DNA from: Elusimicrobiales bacterium
GTDB lineage: Bacteria; Elusimicrobiota; Elusimicrobia; Elusimicrobiales; UBA9959
DNA length: 33,048 nucleotides
Direction: 5' to 3'
Assembly (NCBI GenBank): GCA_032251015.1
Contig: JAVVFK010000001.1
Span: 1-33,048 of the forward strand
Below, piece after piece: positions 8,596-17,329 of this stretch (positions are counted from its first letter, which is position 1; every line of letters starts with the position of its first letter). The position numbers were made by a program, and so were the translations under genes. The notes under the pieces were generated by a model. That model was not told the origin of the DNA. It saw only the letters and a program-made list of their open reading frames with translations, and did no database searches.

Positions 8596-9294
8596 TTATG
8601 CGAAGAGAGACGCCATCGCCGCGCCGGCTTCGAGCACGGCGCGGGATTCGTCCATTTCGTAGGTTGTCCTGCGCGTTACCATGAGCGAGAACCTGCCTCC
8701 TTCCAGTTCGGCTTCGTAAAGTTCCGCGGCGCAGAGCGTCTGAGCTGCCTTGTCCAGTTTTTCAAGCTCTTCCGGGGAGAGGGCTCCCGCCGGTTCCAGG
8801 CGCAGGACGTATCCGTAGGACTCGAGCAAGGGAGGGGGAGGCCGCATCAGGTCCGGCAGCGAGGCGAGCGGCCTGTTCAGGACGCCTTCCTTATGTATGT
8901 GCAGGCGTACGCCGCGCGGGTTGCCGACGGTGAACTCCGCGTCCAGGGAGGCCGGGTGGCCGGTCCTTCTCAGTCCGCTCTCCAGGCGGGGCCGCCAATG
9001 GTATTTGACGGGCAGGCCCGCCAGGACCCCGCCGACTATGCCCAACTCCGCCGAAAACCCCTTGGTCACGATATCGTTCTCGTCTTCCCCGACCTCCGGG
9101 GCTATTTTCCTGATGAGCGCTCTGCTGCCCCAGATAATGAATATGGTCAGCGCCAGTCCGAGCGCTATCCCGGCCGCGGCCACCAGTTCGGTGCGGTCCT
9201 TTGTGACTATTATAGGGGACGTTCCCGGGGCCTGGTAACTGCCGAGTTCCGACCCCCGCGCGTATGTATCCATATCCTCAGGCATAGCTCTCAT
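8596..9294 (-). CDS. Hypothetical single-pass membrane protein
   Basis: 232-aa ORF with host-like codon pattern (GC-rich third positions, ATA for Ile) and one hydrophobic helix (LVAAAGIALGLALTIFIIWG). No recognisable domain and no clear SD. Converges on mfd with a 4-nt gap. Confidence 0.6.
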   Translation of the reverse strand: MRAMPEDMDTYARGSELGSYQAPGTSPIIVTKDRTELVAAAGIALGLALTIFIIWGSRALIRKIAPEVGEDENDIVTKGFSAELGIVGGVLAGLPVKYHWRPRLESGLRRTGHPASLDAEFTVGNPRGVRLHIHKEGVLNRPLASLPDLMRPPPPLLESYGYVLRLEPAGALSPEELEKLDKAAQTLCAAELYEAELEGGRFSLMVTRRTTYEMDESRAVLEAGAAMASLFA

Positions 9295-9348
9295 TATACC
9301 GCGTATCCGGCCGCGGGCTAAAGTGCCCTCGCCGGCCGCCCTTCTAAC

Positions 9349-9357
9349 TGCTAGAAT
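9349..9357 (+). promoter_or_regulatory. Candidate extended -10 promoter (TGcTAGAAT) for ssrA
   Basis: TGCTAGAAT lies 17 nt upstream of the mature tmRNA 5' end, consistent with a short RNase P-processed leader. Confidence 0.4.
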
Positions 9358-9373
9358 ATCGGTAGTGAAAGAC

Positions 9374-9723
9374 GGGGGCGAACAGGTTCGACGTTAGCTT
9401 GTGTCGCCGTCTCAGCAGGCCATGGTTGACCAGGCCATGTAAAACAGGGTCAAAAAAACAAAAGCCAACTCCAACGAGCTGGCCTGGGCCCACGCCTAAG
9501 TGAGCCTCGCCGGAGGTCGCACCCCCTGCAGCTTCCTCCTGGCGTCAAAAGCAGGGTGCCGTTCCAACTGGCGCGCTTCGTCTGGCGGGAACGAAAGAAA
9601 ACACGGAGCTGGTCCGGACCATGTCGTCCTGTGCTAAGGTCCGGACGAGACAATAACAGGGCTAAGCCTGTAGCGGTTACGGCGTGCGGTTGACGGACCC
9701 GGGTGCGATTCCCGGCGCCTCCA
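9374..9723 (+). ncRNA. ssrA: tmRNA (SsrA)
   Basis: 5' GGGGGCGAACAGGTTCGACG and 3' GGACCCGGGTGCGATTCCCGGCGCCTCCA. Acceptor stem GGGGGCG/CGCCTCC includes the G3:U pair. T-arm GGGTGCGATTCCCGG. PK1: CATGG-TTGACCAGG-CCATG, with TTGACC pairing to GGTCAA. An A-rich linker precedes the tag ORF. The terminal CCA is not fully encoded. Confidence 0.9.
9464..9499 (+). other. tmRNA tag reading frame, predicted tag ANSNELAWAHA
   Basis: GCC AAC TCC AAC GAG CTG GCC TGG GCC CAC GCC TAA, starting 10 nt after PK1. Alternative frames have no nearby stop. Confidence 0.65.
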
Positions 9724-9724
9724 T

Positions 9725-9768
9725 AAAATTTAAGACCGGCTTCTTCGGAGGCCGGTCTTAAATTTTTT
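9725..9768 (+). terminator. Rho-independent terminator of ssrA
   Basis: A ~19-bp stem AAAATTTAAGACCGGCTTC / GAGGCCGGTCTTAAATTTT around a TTCG loop, ending in a T-run. Confidence 0.75.
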
Positions 9769-9946
9769 CCTTTCCCCGCCCGCGGCGCTTCTCACTCTCT
9801 CCTCCCCGTTTTAACCATTCCGTTCTAGCCTGTTCAGCCTAACCAGAAAATCAGGGTTGCGCGGTATGGTCTTCTTTGTTAGCCTTTGTGTCAGAGGCCG
9901 CCGGGGGCGGCTTCTCCGGCGGGGGGAGCCGGAAAAAGGGGGAAAT

Positions 9947-10234
9947 ATGACGATGAACGCAGCCGGGATCGGCAGTTGCGACGCGGAGAATTGCGCCTAC
10001 AACCGGGGCGCCAAGGGCCACGCGCTCGCTATAACCGCGGGCAGTTCCCACGCCAAGTGCGATACGTACATGAGGCGCGGGAAGTCCGGCGGGGACGACG
10101 CCGCGAAAGGCGGCGTAGGCGCCTGTCACATGAAGGACTGCCGCTTCAACGAACGCCTGGAGTGCTCGGCCGGCGCGATCTCCGTGGAAACGCATTCCGG
10201 GCACGCCGACTGTATTACTTTCGTGCGGCGCTGA
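9947..10234 (+). CDS. DUF1540-like small cysteine-rich protein (two repeats)
   Basis: 95 aa from ATG 9947, preceded by AAAAAGGGGGAAAT. Two C-x3-C ... C-x-(T/Y) repeats: SCDAENCAYN...AKCDTY and ACHMKDCRFNERLECSAGAISV...ADCITF. The track ORF from 9857 is probably a 5' over-extension. Confidence 0.65.
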   Translation: MTMNAAGIGSCDAENCAYNRGAKGHALAITAGSSHAKCDTYMRRGKSGGDDAAKGGVGACHMKDCRFNERLECSAGAISVETHSGHADCITFVRR

Positions 10235-10354
10235 GGCCGTTCCGCGGAAAGCCGCGGCCGGGAAGGCGCCGGAAGGCGGGGCTGTGCTGATGGATAACGA
10301 ACTTAAAATAAACTACGGGCCGGAATATTACGCGCCCTGAGGGAGGCTAATGTT

Positions 10355-10753
10355 ATGACAGAAATAATCTTCGCGCTGTTCGCGGCGCTGCTTATTACCG
10401 CGGTCTTCGCGGTCTGGTTCAGGCGCCCGGGGCCATGGGCGCCGCTCTGGAGCTTCTTCCTGGTGGTCTTCATGGCGGGCTGGGCCGCGTCGCTCTGGAT
10501 GCGTCCGGCCGGGCCTTTGCTCCTGAACGTGTACTGGGTGCCGCTTCTCTTCGTGGCGCTGATGGTGGCGCTGGTGCTGGCGGCGGCGGGGCCGTCCTCT
10601 CTGCCTACGCGCGAGGCGGGTTCCGCCGCCGGGGAGGGTCCGTCCCGCGCTCCGACGACGGAGCTGGGCAGGTACTTCTGGCTGCTCCTGACGGCGCTGC
10701 TGCTGACGATCGTGGCCGGCTACACCCTGAGGGATACCGCGCTGATCCTCTGA
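10355..10753 (+). CDS. Hypothetical multi-pass membrane protein
   Basis: 132 aa with four hydrophobic segments. SD GAGGGAGG upstream. No recognisable domain. Confidence 0.6.
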   Translation: MTEIIFALFAALLITAVFAVWFRRPGPWAPLWSFFLVVFMAGWAASLWMRPAGPLLLNVYWVPLLFVALMVALVLAAAGPSSLPTREAGSAAGEGPSRAPTTELGRYFWLLLTALLLTIVAGYTLRDTALIL

Positions 10754-10814
10754 GCGGCGCGCGTCTAAAGCCCGGTGTCGCAATGCCTGGTCAGGTAGGT
10801 ACGGAGGTAACGTT

Positions 10815-11795
10815 ATGTTCAAGAAGATGATGGTCTGTCTGGACGGTTCGGAACTCGCGGAAAGCGTCTTGCCCTACGCCGCGGCGCAGGCGCTGCGCTT
10901 CAACAGCGAAGTGGTACTTTTCAGGGCCGTGCCGCCGCCGGCGCCGATCACCCCGGCCGCGCCGATGGCGGCCCCGGCGCCCGCCGAGGCCGGTCTGCTG
11001 CCGGTCGGGATGGAACACGCCGAGGCCGCGGCCCGGAAGTACCTGGAGAAGGTGGGCAAAAGCCTGCGCGCCAAGGGACTCAGCGTGAAGGAGGCCGTGA
11101 CGACGGGGCCCGCGCCGCAGGCCCTGGCGGAATACGCCGCCGCGGAGAACGTAGACCTGGTGGCGCTCTCCACCCACGGGCACAGCGGCCTGGTGCGCGC
11201 CATCATGGGCAGCGTCACGGACCTGGCGCTCAGGGAACTGGGGCTGCCAACTCTCGCCCTGCGCCCGCGGGACGGCGAGCAGGCCCGGCCGGCGGGTTTC
11301 CAGCCGTCCTTCAAGGAAATACTGGTATGTCTCGACGGCAGTCCCCTGGCGGCCCAGGTGCTGCCTTACGCGACCGAGGAAGCGCTGCGGTTCGACGCCA
11401 AGGTCCGCCTGGTGCGGGTCCTTACCGTGCCCGCGGCGGTCACCGCCGCGGCGGGGCCCGATAAACCGGTTATGTCGGGCGAACTGCTGGAGGAGTCGCT
11501 CCGCGGCGAGGAAGCGGGCGCCAGGGCCTACCTCGACGAGGCGGCGCAGCCGCTGCTCGAGAAGGGCATCGACGTCGAATGCGTCGTACTGCAGCCCTCC
11601 GCCACCGGCTCCGCTATCGTCGAATTCGCGCGCGCCCGGTCCGCCGACCTGATATGCATGGCGACGCACGGCCGCACCGGGCTGGGGCGGGTAGTGCTCG
11701 GCAGCGTAACGGACCAGGTGCTAAGGGAGAGCGGGCTGCCGCTGTTCATGGTAAAGCCCCGTGAGACCGGGAAGGGCGGCGGGGACAGGAGATAG
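10815..11795 (+). CDS. Universal stress protein with tandem USP domains
   Basis: Two copies of the USP pattern: MMVCLDGSELAE ... STHGHSGLVRAIMGSVT and ILVCLDGSPLAA ... ATHGRTGLGRVVLGSVT. SD GGAGG upstream. Confidence 0.85.
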   Translation: MFKKMMVCLDGSELAESVLPYAAAQALRFNSEVVLFRAVPPPAPITPAAPMAAPAPAEAGLLPVGMEHAEAAARKYLEKVGKSLRAKGLSVKEAVTTGPAPQALAEYAAAENVDLVALSTHGHSGLVRAIMGSVTDLALRELGLPTLALRPRDGEQARPAGFQPSFKEILVCLDGSPLAAQVLPYATEEALRFDAKVRLVRVLTVPAAVTAAAGPDKPVMSGELLEESLRGEEAGARAYLDEAAQPLLEKGIDVECVVLQPSATGSAIVEFARARSADLICMATHGRTGLGRVVLGSVTDQVLRESGLPLFMVKPRETGKGGGDRR

Positions 11796-11801
11796 CCGAA
11801 G

Positions 11802-13529
11802 ATGCCGGTGCATAATTCCGAGATAGCCGGTATCTTCGGCGCCTGCGCGGACCTGCTGGAGATAGAGGGCGCCAACCAGTACCGCGTGCGGGCCTACCGC
11901 AATGCGGCGCGCGGTATCACCGGCCTCCCGCGCAGCGCGGCTTCCATGCTGGAGGCCGGCGAGGACCTTTCCTCGCTGCCCGGGATAGGCAAGGACCTGG
12001 CGGGCAAGATAGAGGAGATAATCCGCACCGGCAGGCTTGCCGGGCTGGAAGAGATAAAGAAAAAGGTGCCCGCCGGACTGACGGAAGTGATGAAGATAGG
12101 CGGCTTGGGGCCCAAGCGCGCAGGTAAACTTTTTCATGAACTGGGCGTTTCCGGCCTGGCCGATCTCAGGAAAGCCGGCGAGGAAGGAAAGATCCGGGAA
12201 CTGGAGGGATTCGGCGCCAAAACGGAAGAGGCCGTCGTTTCGGAACTGAAGAGAAAAGGCGCCGCCGGAGCGCAGGGCGGCCGGCTGCTCCTGGCGGGCG
12301 CGGAGGATTTCGCCCTGCCGCTGCTGGAATACCTGCGCAAGGGAAAAGGCGTGCGGCGCGCCGAGGCGGCCGGCAGCTACCGCCGGGGGGTGGAGACCGT
12401 GGGCGACCTCGATATCCTGGTGACGCACGACGAAGGTTCCGGGGTGATGGACCGCTTTGCCGGATACGACGAGGTCGAGAAGGTCGTGGCGAAGGGCGGG
12501 ACGCGCTCCACGGTGGTGCTGCGCTCCGGCCTCCAGGTCGATCTGCGCGCCGTGGCCGGGGAAAGTTACGGCGCCGCCCTGCATTACTTCACCGGCTCCA
12601 AGGCCCATAACATAGCCGTGCGCCGCATGGGCGTAAAGCGCGGGCTGAAGATAAACGAGTACGGCGTCTTTAGGGGAAAGAAGCGCGTCGCGGGCCGGAC
12701 GGAAGAGGAGGTCTACTCCTCCGTGAAATTGCCTTATATCGAACCCGAGCTCCGGGAGAACAATGGCGAACTGGAGGCGGCGGCGAAGGGGAAACTCCCG
12801 AAACTTGTCGCGCTGGAGGACATTCGCGGCGACCTGCATTGCCATACCGACGCCACCGACGGCCGGTCCACTCTCGTGGAGATGGCGGAGGCGGCGAAGA
12901 AAAAGGGCTACGAGTACCTCGCCGTGACCGATCATACCAGGCGGCTCGCGATGGCCCACGGGTTCGACGCCAGGCGCCTCGAGCGCCGCCTCGGCGAGAT
13001 AGACCGCCTCAACGGCAGGCTCAAAGGCGTCCGGATACTCAAATCCGCCGAGGTCGACATACTCGAGGACGGGTCCCTGGACCTGCCCGACGCGGTCCTG
13101 AAGAAACTGGACCTGCTGGTCTGCGCGGTGCACTACAAGTTCAGGCTTTCCGCGAAGGAACAGACCGAGCGCATAGTGCGCGCCATGAACAGCCCTTTTT
13201 TCTGCGTCATCGCCCACCCGACGGGCCGGCTGATAGGCGAGCGGGACCGCTACGAAGTCGATATGGAACGCGTGGTCAGGGAGGCGAAGGCGACCGGCAG
13301 CGCGCTGGAGATCAACGCCCGGCCGCAGCGCCTGGACCTCGACGACGCACATTGCCGGATGGCGGCCGAAGCCGGGGTCAGGCTGGCCATCTCCACCGAC
13401 GCTCACAGTTCCGTAGAGCTGGATTTCATGCGCCACGGGGTAGTGCAGGGCCGCAGGGGCTGGCTGGAAGCTAAGGACGTCCTGAACACGCTGACGCTGA
13501 AGCGGCTGCTCGAGGCCGTCAAAAAATAG
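11802..13529 (+). CDS. polX: Family X DNA polymerase with C-terminal PHP phosphoesterase domain (PolX)
   Basis: 575 aa. N-terminal HhH region (NSEIAGIFGACADLLEIEGANQYRVRAYRNAA), catalytic GDLDILV, PHP motif HCHTDATDG ... AVTDHT. Confidence 0.9.
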   Translation: MPVHNSEIAGIFGACADLLEIEGANQYRVRAYRNAARGITGLPRSAASMLEAGEDLSSLPGIGKDLAGKIEEIIRTGRLAGLEEIKKKVPAGLTEVMKIGGLGPKRAGKLFHELGVSGLADLRKAGEEGKIRELEGFGAKTEEAVVSELKRKGAAGAQGGRLLLAGAEDFALPLLEYLRKGKGVRRAEAAGSYRRGVETVGDLDILVTHDEGSGVMDRFAGYDEVEKVVAKGGTRSTVVLRSGLQVDLRAVAGESYGAALHYFTGSKAHNIAVRRMGVKRGLKINEYGVFRGKKRVAGRTEEEVYSSVKLPYIEPELRENNGELEAAAKGKLPKLVALEDIRGDLHCHTDATDGRSTLVEMAEAAKKKGYEYLAVTDHTRRLAMAHGFDARRLERRLGEIDRLNGRLKGVRILKSAEVDILEDGSLDLPDAVLKKLDLLVCAVHYKFRLSAKEQTERIVRAMNSPFFCVIAHPTGRLIGERDRYEVDMERVVREAKATGSALEINARPQRLDLDDAHCRMAAEAGVRLAISTDAHSSVELDFMRHGVVQGRRGWLEAKDVLNTLTLKRLLEAVKK

Positions 13530-13537
13530 GAGGACGT

Positions 13538-14275
13538 GTGAACCGGGCGGGACGGGTATATGTGGGGACCTCGGGCTGGCATTACGGCCACTGGAAAGGC
13601 GGTTTCTATCCGGAGGACCTTCCGGCCGCGCGTATGCTGGAACACTATAAAGATCGCTTCCGCAGCGCGGAGATAAACAATACTTTCTACGGTCTCCCCT
13701 CGGAAAAGACGCTCGCCCAGTGGCGGGACGCGGTGCCGCGGGATTTCGTCTTCGCCGTGAAAGGCAGCCGTTACATCACTCATATGAAGAAGCTCAAGGA
13801 CCCCCGGAAGCCCCTTTCCGCGCTGCTGGAAAGAGTGAAGGTCCTGGGGGAAAAGGCGGGCCCGGTCCTTTTCCAGCTCCCGCCGCGCTGGAAGGCCGAC
13901 CCCGTAAGGCTGAACGCTTTCCTGAAGGCCCTGCCGGCCGGGAAGCGCTTCGCCTTCGAGTTCCGGGACGCGTCCTGGTTCGGCGCCGCGACGGAGAAGG
14001 CGCTGGCCGCCGCCAACGCCGCGTTCTGCGTCTACGATCTCGGCGGCGCCCGGTCCCCGCGCGCCGTCACCGCGGATTTCGTCTATATGCGGCTGCACGG
14101 GCCGGGCGGACCGTACAAGGGCCGCTACGGCGGCAGGGCGCTGGGCGGCTGGGCGAGGCCGATAAGGCGCTGGCTGAAAGAAGGCCGGGACGTCTACTGC
14201 TATTTTGATAACGACGAGAAGGGTTTCGCGGCGCAGGACGCCCTTAAGCTCAGACAACTGCTGAACGACGCATGA
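13538..14275 (+). CDS. DUF72 (YecE/UPF0759) family protein
   Basis: 245 aa with a GTG start. Characteristic N-terminus VYVGTSGWHYGHWKGGFYPEDL ... FRSAEINNTFY. Lies 8 nt after polX. Confidence 0.85.
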   Translation: MNRAGRVYVGTSGWHYGHWKGGFYPEDLPAARMLEHYKDRFRSAEINNTFYGLPSEKTLAQWRDAVPRDFVFAVKGSRYITHMKKLKDPRKPLSALLERVKVLGEKAGPVLFQLPPRWKADPVRLNAFLKALPAGKRFAFEFRDASWFGAATEKALAAANAAFCVYDLGGARSPRAVTADFVYMRLHGPGGPYKGRYGGRALGGWARPIRRWLKEGRDVYCYFDNDEKGFAAQDALKLRQLLNDA

Positions 14276-14284
14276 GGAGGCCGC

Positions 14285-16345
14285 ATGGAACACGACGGAC
14301 ACGGCGACGCGGATAAGGACAAGAAAAAGGACCATGCCGGGCAGCGGCACGGGGGCGGCGCTTCCCATCATGAGCATATGCTGGCCGATTTCAGGAAGCG
14401 GTTCTTCGTCTCGCTGGCGCTGACGCTTCCCATCCTGTGGCTGTCGCCGATGATACGCGGATTCGCCGGCCTGCCGGCGGAGGCCGGCGTCCCCGGGCAG
14501 GGATCCCTGCTGCTGGGTTTCTCGACCGCCGTCTTCTTTTACGGCGGGTGGCCTTTCCTTAAAGGTATTTTCGAGGAGCTCGGCGAGAAGCGGCCGGGGA
14601 TGATGACCCTGATCGCCGTCGCCATAACCGCCGCTTACGCCTACAGCGCGGTAGTGACGCTGGGCCTGCCGGGCAAGGTCTTCTACTGGGAACTGGCGAC
14701 GCTGGTGGACGTGATGCTGGCGGGGCACTGGCTGGAGATGAAATCGGTGATGGGCGCTTCGCGCGCGCTGGAGGAACTGGCGAAGTTGATGCCGTCGACG
14801 GCCCACCGGCTGTCGGACGGCGGCACGGAGGACGTGCCGCTCGAGGACCTGCGGCCGGGCGACAAGGTGCTGGTCAGGCCTGGCGAGAAGATCCCGGCCG
14901 ACGGCGAGGTCGCCGACGGCGGCAGTTCCGTCAACGAGGCGATGCTGACCGGCGAATCGGCGCCGGTCGGGAAAAAGAAAGGGGATAAGGTCACCGGCGG
15001 CTCCATCAACGGCGAAGGCTCTCTCACCGTCGAGGTGAAGAAAACGGGCGCGGATTCTTTCCTCGCCCGCATGACCGACCTGGTGCGGCGGGCGCAGGCC
15101 GGCAAGTCCGGGACGCAGCGCCTGGCCGACCGCGCCGCTTTCTGGCTGACCATAGTGGCGCTCTCGGGCGGCGCTATTACCCTGGCCGCGTGGCTGGGCG
15201 CTTCCGACCGGGACTTCGCGTTCGCCCTCGAACGCGCGGTGACGGTCATGGTCATCGCCTGCCCGCACGCGCTCGGCCTGGCTATTCCACTGGTCGTAGC
15301 GGTCACCACTTCGCTGGCCGCCGCCAACGGCCTGCTGATACGCGACAGGGCCTCCTTCGAGGGGGCCCGCGGGCTGCAGGCGGTGATCTTCGACAAGACG
15401 GGCACGCTGACGGAAGGACGGTTCGCGGTCGACGGCGTAGTCGCGCTGTCGGAGAAGTCCGGCGAGGACAAAGTGCTCTCCCTGGCGGCCGCGGTGGAGA
15501 GCAGCTCGGAGCACCCCATAGCCAGGGCCATAGCCGCCGCCGTGGAACGTCCTCCCGCCGCGGAGAATTTCAGGTCGCTGACCGGCAAAGGGGCGATGGC
15601 AATGGTGGAGGGCCTGGAGGTGAAGGTCGTAAGCCCGGGTTACCTGGAGGAGAACGGTCTTTCCGCCGGAGGCAATGAGCGGCTCGACGAACTCTCCGGG
15701 CAGGGCAAGACCATCGTCTACGTTCTGGCGGACGGCGAACTCCGCGGCGCGGTGGCGCTGGGCGACGTGGTGAGGCCGGAATCCCGGGAGGCGGTGGCCG
15801 GGCTGAAGGAAATGGGCATCAAGTGCATGATGGTCACTGGCGATAACGAGAAAGTCGCGGCCTGGGTGGCGCGCGAGACGGGCCTGGATGAGTATTTCGC
15901 CGCGGTACTGCCGGACAAGAAAGCGGAAAAGGTGAAGGAAGTGCAGGGGCGGGGCCTGGTGACGGCGATGGTCGGCGACGGGGTGAACGACGCGCCCGCG
16001 CTGGCGCAGGCCGATATCGGCATAGCTATCGGCGCGGGCACCGACGTGGCCGCCGAGACGGCGGGCGTGATACTGGTGAAGAACGATCCGCGGGACGTGG
16101 CGGCGGTGGTAAGGCTGGCGCGGACCACGCACAGGAAGATGAGCCAGAACCTCGCCTGGGCCGCGGGCTACAACGTGGTGGCCATCCCTTTGGCCGCCGG
16201 CGTTCTATACCAGGCGGGGATCCTGCTCAGCCCGGCGGCGGGCGCGGCGCTGATGTCGGCGAGCACGGTGATAGTGGCGGTCAACGCCAGGCTGGTTAAA
16301 TTCGAGAAAAAGGCGGGCGAAAGCGCCGCCGGGGAGGAAAAATGA
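14285..16345 (+). CDS. copB: Heavy-metal P1B-type ATPase, CopB-like (CPH motif, His-rich N-terminus)
   Basis: 686 aa. His-rich N-terminus MEHDGHGDADKDKKKDHAGQRHGGGASHHEHM. TM motif CPHALGLA, plus DKTGTLT and GDGVNDAP. Confidence 0.9.
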   Translation: MEHDGHGDADKDKKKDHAGQRHGGGASHHEHMLADFRKRFFVSLALTLPILWLSPMIRGFAGLPAEAGVPGQGSLLLGFSTAVFFYGGWPFLKGIFEELGEKRPGMMTLIAVAITAAYAYSAVVTLGLPGKVFYWELATLVDVMLAGHWLEMKSVMGASRALEELAKLMPSTAHRLSDGGTEDVPLEDLRPGDKVLVRPGEKIPADGEVADGGSSVNEAMLTGESAPVGKKKGDKVTGGSINGEGSLTVEVKKTGADSFLARMTDLVRRAQAGKSGTQRLADRAAFWLTIVALSGGAITLAAWLGASDRDFAFALERAVTVMVIACPHALGLAIPLVVAVTTSLAAANGLLIRDRASFEGARGLQAVIFDKTGTLTEGRFAVDGVVALSEKSGEDKVLSLAAAVESSSEHPIARAIAAAVERPPAAENFRSLTGKGAMAMVEGLEVKVVSPGYLEENGLSAGGNERLDELSGQGKTIVYVLADGELRGAVALGDVVRPESREAVAGLKEMGIKCMMVTGDNEKVAAWVARETGLDEYFAAVLPDKKAEKVKEVQGRGLVTAMVGDGVNDAPALAQADIGIAIGAGTDVAAETAGVILVKNDPRDVAAVVRLARTTHRKMSQNLAWAAGYNVVAIPLAAGVLYQAGILLSPAAGAALMSASTVIVAVNARLVKFEKKAGESAAGEEK

Positions 16346-16572
16346 TGGGAGCGGAATTAGGACATATGAGCGGGTACGGCTTCGCGGGGGTGATAATGTG
16401 GGTGCTGTTCCTGATAGTGATGGTGGCGGTGCTCTACACCGCCGTCAGGGTGGCGGGTATCGGGGGCGGCGGCGCGCCGGGCGAGACCGCGCTGGAGATA
16501 CTAAAGAAGCGTTACGCCAGGGGCGACATAGACAAGGAAGAATTCGAGCGCCTCAAGAAGGATCTCGGCTGA
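16342..16572 (+). CDS. SHOCT-domain small membrane protein
   Basis: 76 aa with one TM helix followed by LEILKKRYARGDIDKEEFERLKKDL. Start overlaps the copB stop (ATGA). Confidence 0.75.
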   Translation: MMGAELGHMSGYGFAGVIMWVLFLIVMVAVLYTAVRVAGIGGGGAPGETALEILKKRYARGDIDKEEFERLKKDLG

Positions 16573-16588
16573 GCGGAAGGAGGAAATA

Positions 16589-17146
16589 ATGGAAGCGTCG
16601 CTGCTGGGCTTTACGGCCCTGACGGAACTTTACAACGTGCACCCGGTATTCGTGCATTTCCCGATCGCGCTGCTGCCGGCGGCGCTGCTGATGTATTTCC
16701 TTGGCGCGGTTTTCGAAAAACCGTTCTTCAGCGCCGCGGGCCGGGCCTGCCTTTACATGGGAGCGGCCGGGGGCGTGGCGGCCGTCATAACGGGCCTGAT
16801 GGCCGAAGGCAGCTTCCCGCACGGGGAGACGGTGCACCGCCTGATGGAGACGCACGAGGCGGTCGGCCTGGCCGTGCTGGGCCTGGTCTCCCTGGTCCTG
16901 GTCTGGAGTTTCTTCCAGTCGGAGCACCGGCCCAGGTTCGTCTGGCCATTCCTCGCCGTATTGGGGCTCGCGGTCCTGGGCGCCATGCAGACGGCGGACC
17001 TCGGGGCCCGCATGGTCTACATACACGGGGCCGCGGTGAAGCCCGTGGCCGAAGCACGGGCGGAGGCGGGCGCTCCCGCCGGCCTGGAGGGCTCTGAAAG
17101 CGAGGCCGGGGGGGATACACATGAAGAGGGAGACCATACTCACTGA
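16589..17146 (+). CDS. DUF2231-family membrane protein with a His/acidic C-terminal tail
   Basis: 185 aa. VHPVFVHFPIALLPAALLMYFLG is typical of DUF2231. Tail GGDTHEEGDHTH. SD GGAAGGAGG upstream. Confidence 0.7.
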   Translation: MEASLLGFTALTELYNVHPVFVHFPIALLPAALLMYFLGAVFEKPFFSAAGRACLYMGAAGGVAAVITGLMAEGSFPHGETVHRLMETHEAVGLAVLGLVSLVLVWSFFQSEHRPRFVWPFLAVLGLAVLGAMQTADLGARMVYIHGAAVKPVAEARAEAGAPAGLEGSESEAGGDTHEEGDHTH

Positions 17147-17156
17147 CCGGTCATGC

Positions 17157-17192
17157 GGAAGCCGCGCGCCGTAGGGCGTGTCTCCGGCTTTA
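17157..17192 (+). terminator. Possible terminator hairpin after the copB block
   Basis: GGAAGCCGCGCGCC-gtag-GGCGTG(tct)CCGGCTTT. The stem is imperfect and the T-run weak. Confidence 0.35.
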
Positions 17193-17215
17193 CTATTGAT
17201 ACCTCTATTGCCCTC

Positions 17216-17239
17216 AGGGCCCAGATCGGACTGGGCCCT
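17216..17239. repeat. GGGCCC-core palindrome
   Basis: AGGGCCCAG-atcgga-CTGGGCCCT followed by CTTCCTT. Upstream of the exported PAD-family gene. Confidence 0.8.
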
Positions 17240-17329
17240 CTTCCTTCGGTCCCATAGGTCCCGGGCCCGGGGCGGAACCCCTTGTGCGCGGTTATACTAT
17301 TATCACAGACTCGGAAAAGGGGAACCGGT

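Noticed and set aside
8589-8598. Convergent gene pairs with almost no spacer and no terminator: mfd/hypothetical with a 4-nt gap at 8591/8596, and YtxH-like/OFOR-beta abutting at 26923/26924.
   Set aside because: This is common in compact genomes. Nothing in the sequence suggests more than read-through or Rho-dependent termination.
9897-9911. Identical 15-mer GCCGCCGGGGGCGGC (a small GC hairpin) in the 5' leaders of two small-protein genes, at 9897-9911 before DUF1540 and 26576-26590 before the YtxH-like gene.
   Set aside because: In a ~33-kb GC-rich window a few chance 15-mer repeats are expected by a rough estimate. The flanks do not align, and distances to the start codons differ. It only merits attention if a genome-wide search shows enrichment in leaders.
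13403-16132. Very long ORFs antisense to real genes. Examples: 13403..16132 (909 aa), 6252..8432 (726 aa), 11721..13436 (571 aa), 27618..29405 (595 aa), 25619..26902, 193..1233, 812..1627.
   Set aside because: They are Arg/Gly/Pro/Ala-rich with no recognisable motifs. Each lies opposite an ORF with strong family signatures (CopB, Mfd, PolX, OFOR, YkuD_2, foldase). This is the expected stop-codon-poor shadow frame of GC-rich DNA.
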